A DNA stretch of 64,000 bases from Thermodesulfobacteriota bacterium (GTDB taxonomy: Bacteria > Desulfobacterota > Desulfarculia > JACQYL01). This document shows positions 60,273-64,000 of the stretch, one piece after another. Under the pieces are notes generated by a model. The model was not told the origin of the DNA. It ran no database searches and was given only the letters and a program-made list of their open reading frames with translations. The position numbers and the translations under genes were made by a program. Each line of letters begins with the position of its first letter. Within the stretch, counting starts at the first letter, position 1. The stretch lies in the NCBI GenBank assembly GCA_963675595.2, contig CAXXLZ010000002.1, forward strand, positions 2,720,001 through 2,784,000, in the 5' to 3' direction.

Positions 60273-61830
60273 TGGATTCCGTGATCCTTGCCAGAGCCAC
60301 GTTACCCTTCCGGTACAGAAGTTCATGGGGGGGCAACTCTTCGAGTTTGTCGACTCGGGTGAACGCGACTTCCCCCGCGGCCGGATCTCGGCGGGGGGTC
60401 GGAGAGCCACGGTATACGCTGAAGCTGGGCATGTCTACGCGCCACATGACCACATCCCAGCCTTTTTCTTTGGCAAGTTGTCCCACCTCTTTTACGGGCC
60501 CCTGAATGATGTTTCCAGCCGTTGGAATGATGGTGTGGGCGGCGAGAAAAGCAATGAGCAACCCGGAAAAAATGAGCCCCTGCCAGGGGGGAAGTTTTCG
60601 AGAAAAGGCCAAGGCGGCCACGACCGTCAATACGGCCAGGGTCCAGAAACGGTAGGACGCTCCCAGATGTTCCGCGGCATAATCCAGAACGGCCAAGGCC
60701 TCCACTTCGTGGACATGCGGGCGAACAAGGGCCGGCACCTGGGGCAGCAACGCCACCGCGATCAGGAGAAGCAAAGGAGGCGTGAAAGCGGCGAGGCGGC
60801 CCTTCAGTCGATCTCGGTGTACGGCCATAAGAATGAACAAAGGGGTTATGCCGTGCATGAGATAATGGGGGAGCTTGGTCCCTGAAAAAGAAAAGAAAAT
60901 CAGGACGAAGCCGAACCAGATCCAAAGGAAACGTTCGAGGGGGTTCTTCAGCGAGGAGCGGAACCTTGGGATCATTTTCAGGAGAAGGCCTGTAAACGGC
61001 AGCACGATGACCAGCGTTACGAGGGGATAATAATAAAGTCCTCCACTATGGCCTTCCATGGGCGAAAGATACCGACTCACGTTGTGTCTCAGGAAAAAGC
61101 CGTCGATAAAAGGCTGACCTTCCTTGACATACTGGGCCACGTACCAGGGAAACGTCGTGAGGGCGAAAATCGCCGGACCTGCGGGACGCGTCACGGCTCG
61201 CAACCAGTCCCGCCAACGTCCCTCGAATAGAAAGAAGAGGAAACCCACGGCCAAAGGGACGAGCACCGCAATCGGTCCTTTGGTGAGAAACCCCAGAGCG
61301 GACCATAGGAACACTCGATTTCTACGGGCGGGAGAGCCGTCCAGGGCGTAGAGGTAGGTCTCGAAAAGGCTGAGGGCGATGAACAGATTAACCACCGCAT
61401 CCGCTGTGGCCGCCCGTCCCAGCACCAACATCCATAAGCTGCCCGCTCCCATGAGAGCGGCGGTGAAAGCGCTTTCCCGATCCAACACTTTTTCGGTGAA
61501 GCGAAATATGGACAGAACCCAAAGGGCGGACGCAAGGGCCGAAGGGAGTCTGAAGGCGGTTTCGTTCACGCCCAACAAAAGAACGCTCAGGGCCTGCAGC
61601 CAATAGATCAGGATCGGCTTGTCGTATCTTGGAACGCCGTTGAGATAGGTGGAAATAAAATCTCCCCGCTCGAACATCTCCCTTGTGGCTTCACTGAAGG
61701 CTCCTTCATCCACGTCAAAGAGCGGCGCGGCGCCCAAGTTATAGAAGAAGGAAATCGCCAATGCCGCGAAGAGAAACCAGATGGAATACTTACTGAAATC
61801 CAACCCGCTATTCGGCGCGTGCTGTGTCAT
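60265..61830 (-). CDS. ArnT-like glycosyltransferase (GT83/GT39)
   Basis: DVDEG, DKPIL, FRLPSAL, LTKG, TKLPHY; many TM. Confidence 0.9.
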   Translation of the reverse strand: MTQHAPNSGLDFSKYSIWFLFAALAISFFYNLGAAPLFDVDEGAFSEATREMFERGDFISTYLNGVPRYDKPILIYWLQALSVLLLGVNETAFRLPSALASALWVLSIFRFTEKVLDRESAFTAALMGAGSLWMLVLGRAATADAVVNLFIALSLFETYLYALDGSPARRNRVFLWSALGFLTKGPIAVLVPLAVGFLFFLFEGRWRDWLRAVTRPAGPAIFALTTFPWYVAQYVKEGQPFIDGFFLRHNVSRYLSPMEGHSGGLYYYPLVTLVIVLPFTGLLLKMIPRFRSSLKNPLERFLWIWFGFVLIFFSFSGTKLPHYLMHGITPLFILMAVHRDRLKGRLAAFTPPLLLLIAVALLPQVPALVRPHVHEVEALAVLDYAAEHLGASYRFWTLAVLTVVAALAFSRKLPPWQGLIFSGLLIAFLAAHTIIPTAGNIIQGPVKEVGQLAKEKGWDVVMWRVDMPSFSVYRGSPTPRRDPAAGEVAFTRVDKLEELPPHELLYRKGNVALARITESNE

Positions 61831-62848
61831 GTTCGGTATACCAAGACTCTCCCGGAGCCGATCCCGGACTCGGTTCGGTGGGACGAACCACGTAGGATTT
61901 CACTTCGGAGGATTCAAAATAGGTTCGTGCAATGAATTCGGCAATGATGCCGGTGGTCAGGAACTGAAGGCAGGCGATCACCGAAACCACCCCCACGAGC
62001 AGCAGAGGGCGTGTGCCGATGTTTTCACCGAGAATGATTTTGACAAAGCCCAAATACCCGAGAATCGCCCCCCCGGCAAGGCCGAAGGCGATTCCGATGC
62101 TTCCGAAAAAGTGTCCGGGCCGAGCGCGATATTTCATGAAGAAGTAGACGACCAGCAGGTCCAGAATGGTACGAAACGTTCTTGAGAGGCCGTACTTCGA
62201 CTGTCCGTATTTCCTGGGATGATGCGTGACCTCTTCCTCGGCGATGCGTGAAACCGAGGTGAAGGCGGCCATCCACGCCGGAATGAAGCGGTGCATTTCA
62301 CCGTACAGTCGTACGTTCTTGATCACCGAAGCCCGGTAGATCTTGAGGCTGCAGCCATAGTCGTGCAATCGGATCCCCGTGACCCAGCCGATCAGTCGAT
62401 TGGCGATCCAGGAAGGAACCTTGCGGACGATCAGGCTGTCTCTTCGATTCTTCCTCCATCCCACCAGCAAGTCCAGATCTTCGTTGAACAGTCGTTCCAC
62501 AAGACGGGGTATGTCTTTAGGATCGTTTTGAAGATCCCCGTCCAGTGTTGCGATGAAAGCGCCCCGCGCCGCGTCGATGCCGGCCTGCATGGCGGCCGTC
62601 TGGCCGAAATTGCGCTGCAGGGTTACGACGCGCACATGGGGACCGTAAGACTCTCGCAGTTCCTTAAGGCGTGCCGGGGTGCGGTCCTTGCTTCCGTCGT
62701 CCACGAAAATGCATTCCCAGGGATGAGCATAGGCCTTCATGGCCTGATGGATCCATTCGGCCAAAATGACGACGTTCTCCGCTTCGTTATAAACGGGAAC
62801 AACCACGGAAACGGATTTTGAATCTGGTGGGTCCGATTGTTGAGTCAT
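61808..62848 (-). CDS. polyprenol-phosphate glycosyltransferase GT2 (ArnC-like)
   Basis: PVYNE, VDDGSKD, RNFGQTAA, DGDLQNDP, HDYGC, GEMHRFIP; 2 C-terminal TM. Confidence 0.92.
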   Translation of the reverse strand: MTQQSDPPDSKSVSVVVPVYNEAENVVILAEWIHQAMKAYAHPWECIFVDDGSKDRTPARLKELRESYGPHVRVVTLQRNFGQTAAMQAGIDAARGAFIATLDGDLQNDPKDIPRLVERLFNEDLDLLVGWRKNRRDSLIVRKVPSWIANRLIGWVTGIRLHDYGCSLKIYRASVIKNVRLYGEMHRFIPAWMAAFTSVSRIAEEEVTHHPRKYGQSKYGLSRTFRTILDLLVVYFFMKYRARPGHFFGSIGIAFGLAGGAILGYLGFVKIILGENIGTRPLLLVGVVSVIACLQFLTTGIIAEFIARTYFESSEVKSYVVRPTEPSPGSAPGESWYTEHDTARAE

Positions 62849-63035
62849 GGGCTTGCTTTTCGGTTCCAGGCTTCAGACAGCGGAAGATACGGAGCTTCCG
62901 GGGAATTCCCGGGCCTCGAAGGAGACGGAGGGCTCCTCGGATTTAAGCTACCCGGTTGCCTGCTCGACTAATGGATCCCCGCTTCGGAGTCAAGTCCCAA
63001 CCATCCCGGAAAAGAGTGAGGTGGGATCCGCGGAC

Positions 63036-63066
63036 AAAAAACCCGCGCCCCGAAGGGCGCGGGTTT
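63036..63066 (-). terminator. intrinsic terminator of the porin gene
   Basis: AAACCCGCGCCC-CGAA-GGGCGCGGGTTT stem with an A6 tract (U6 on the minus strand). Confidence 0.85.
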
Positions 63067-63090
63067 CCGTTCGGCCGATTTCAGACCGAT

Positions 63091-64000
63091 TTAGAACACG
63101 AACTGGAACTGGACACCGACCAGCAGGTCGCTTCCGAGATCCTTCTGGCCGCCTTCGGTGACGTTGACGTCGTCGCCAAAGTTGTACCAGCCGATTTCAG
63201 GGCTGAGGGTGAAGTTACCCGAAATGGAGTAAGGAACGCGAGCGACCAGCATGTAGCGGGTGTTCTCGTCGTCGTTTTCCCACAGGTCGTTTTCCACATG
63301 CTGAATACCACCGATGAGGTGAACGGCCAGAGGCTTGCCGCCGAAGGACACGTCAAAGTAACCGCCCCAGCAGAAGGTGCTCTCGGTGCCGCCGTCCTCG
63401 TCGATCTGTACGTTCGGGCTGGCGTTATGTCCGCTGTAACCCGCGTTGTAGTAAGTCCTGTACAGGTTGCCCACGTTGTCGCCGAAGTGAGCGGAAACCT
63501 TGGCGCCGATCATACCGGCTTTGATGGAGACGGGAACTTCCACCACCCACCCAAAGACGGAGCTGTCTTTGTTGGGGGTGTCTTCCGCGTCGGCATGCAG
63601 GAAGGTCACGTTGGGCAGGACGGAGAAGTTGGCGCTGTTGAAACCACCCACCAAATGGACTCTCGGGATGACGTTGTATTCTTCGCCGGTGCCGAAAATT
63701 CCGAAGGGATAGGTGTTGGAAACGCCGACCGCAAAGTAGAGCGGGCCGCCCTGATAAATCAGGTTGACCTGAGCGGCACGGTCATAGATGTTACCAAAGC
63801 CGATGCCGATGATCTTGCCGGCGCGGCCGAGGCCGAAGAGCTGCGTGGGGTTCTGACGGCAGGCGCCGATGGGTTCGGTGTGCCCGGCCTCAATGGTCAT
63901 GGGACCGAAGTTGTACCATCCGTAAAGTTTACGGAAGTTGACGTTGGCGAAGCCCACGCCGGCGCTGTCGTTATCACTGCCCACTCCGAGTTCGAAGTAG
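63091..64000 (-). CDS. outer membrane porin, 3' part (runs off the window end)
   Basis: Gly/aromatic-rich beta strands, FTLSPEIG, C-terminal GVQFQFVF; strong terminator. Confidence 0.8.
   Translation of the reverse strand, partial: YFELGVGSDNDSAGVGFANVNFRKLYGWYNFGPMTIEAGHTEPIGACRQNPTQLFGLGRAGKIIGIGFGNIYDRAAQVNLIYQGGPLYFAVGVSNTYPFGIFGTGEEYNVIPRVHLVGGFNSANFSVLPNVTFLHADAEDTPNKDSSVFGWVVEVPVSIKAGMIGAKVSAHFGDNVGNLYRTYYNAGYSGHNASPNVQIDEDGGTESTFCWGGYFDVSFGGKPLAVHLIGGIQHVENDLWENDDENTRYMLVARVPYSISGNFTLSPEIGWYNFGDDVNVTEGGQKDLGSDLLVGVQFQFVF

Noticed and set aside
1-64000. CRISPR arrays, tRNA/rRNA, prophage, defence systems, cobalamin riboswitch
   Set aside because: No regularly spaced repeats or recognisable hallmark genes or RNA motifs were seen by eye. 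A covariance-model scan would be needed to exclude small RNAs.

Overview
A high-GC chromosomal window from an anaerobic Gram-negative bacterium. Gene content suggests Desulfobacterota (deltaproteobacteria); this is an inference. I saw no rRNA, tRNA, CRISPR array or transposase. Main blocks: (1) 1-7.7 kb: porin end, FmdE, NifX-like, Mrp/ApbC, orphan OppD/F ATPases, rmlC and a MITE-like element. (2) 8.2-27 kb: a large, almost entirely co-directional O2/NO-stress and metal island. It encodes an Rrf2 regulator, rubrerythrin, Tpx, desulfoferrodoxin, ferritin, rubredoxins, an octaheme HAO-like cytochrome, flavodoxins, IscU, an IscS homolog lacking the PLP lysine, CopZ, a PAS kinase, FprA and many tiny CxxC proteins, and it ends in the mercury-methylation pair hgcA-hgcB, converging on cysE-cysK. 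(3) 29-37 kb: two radical SAM genes divergent from an ABC/FtsX/AttH-lipocalin operon. (4) 37-48 kb: secreted proteins sharing an unrecognised ~95-aa N-terminal domain (4 copies in 3 proteins, one an S8 protease), with an OM barrel, TatD, nitrilase and cobQ. (5) 48-64 kb: CPBP protease pair, TRAP/SDR/acyl-CoA ligase catabolic cluster, DUF169, FG-GAP protein, ArnC/ArnT/PAP2 cluster and a porin. All calls come from motif recognition by eye, not database searches.
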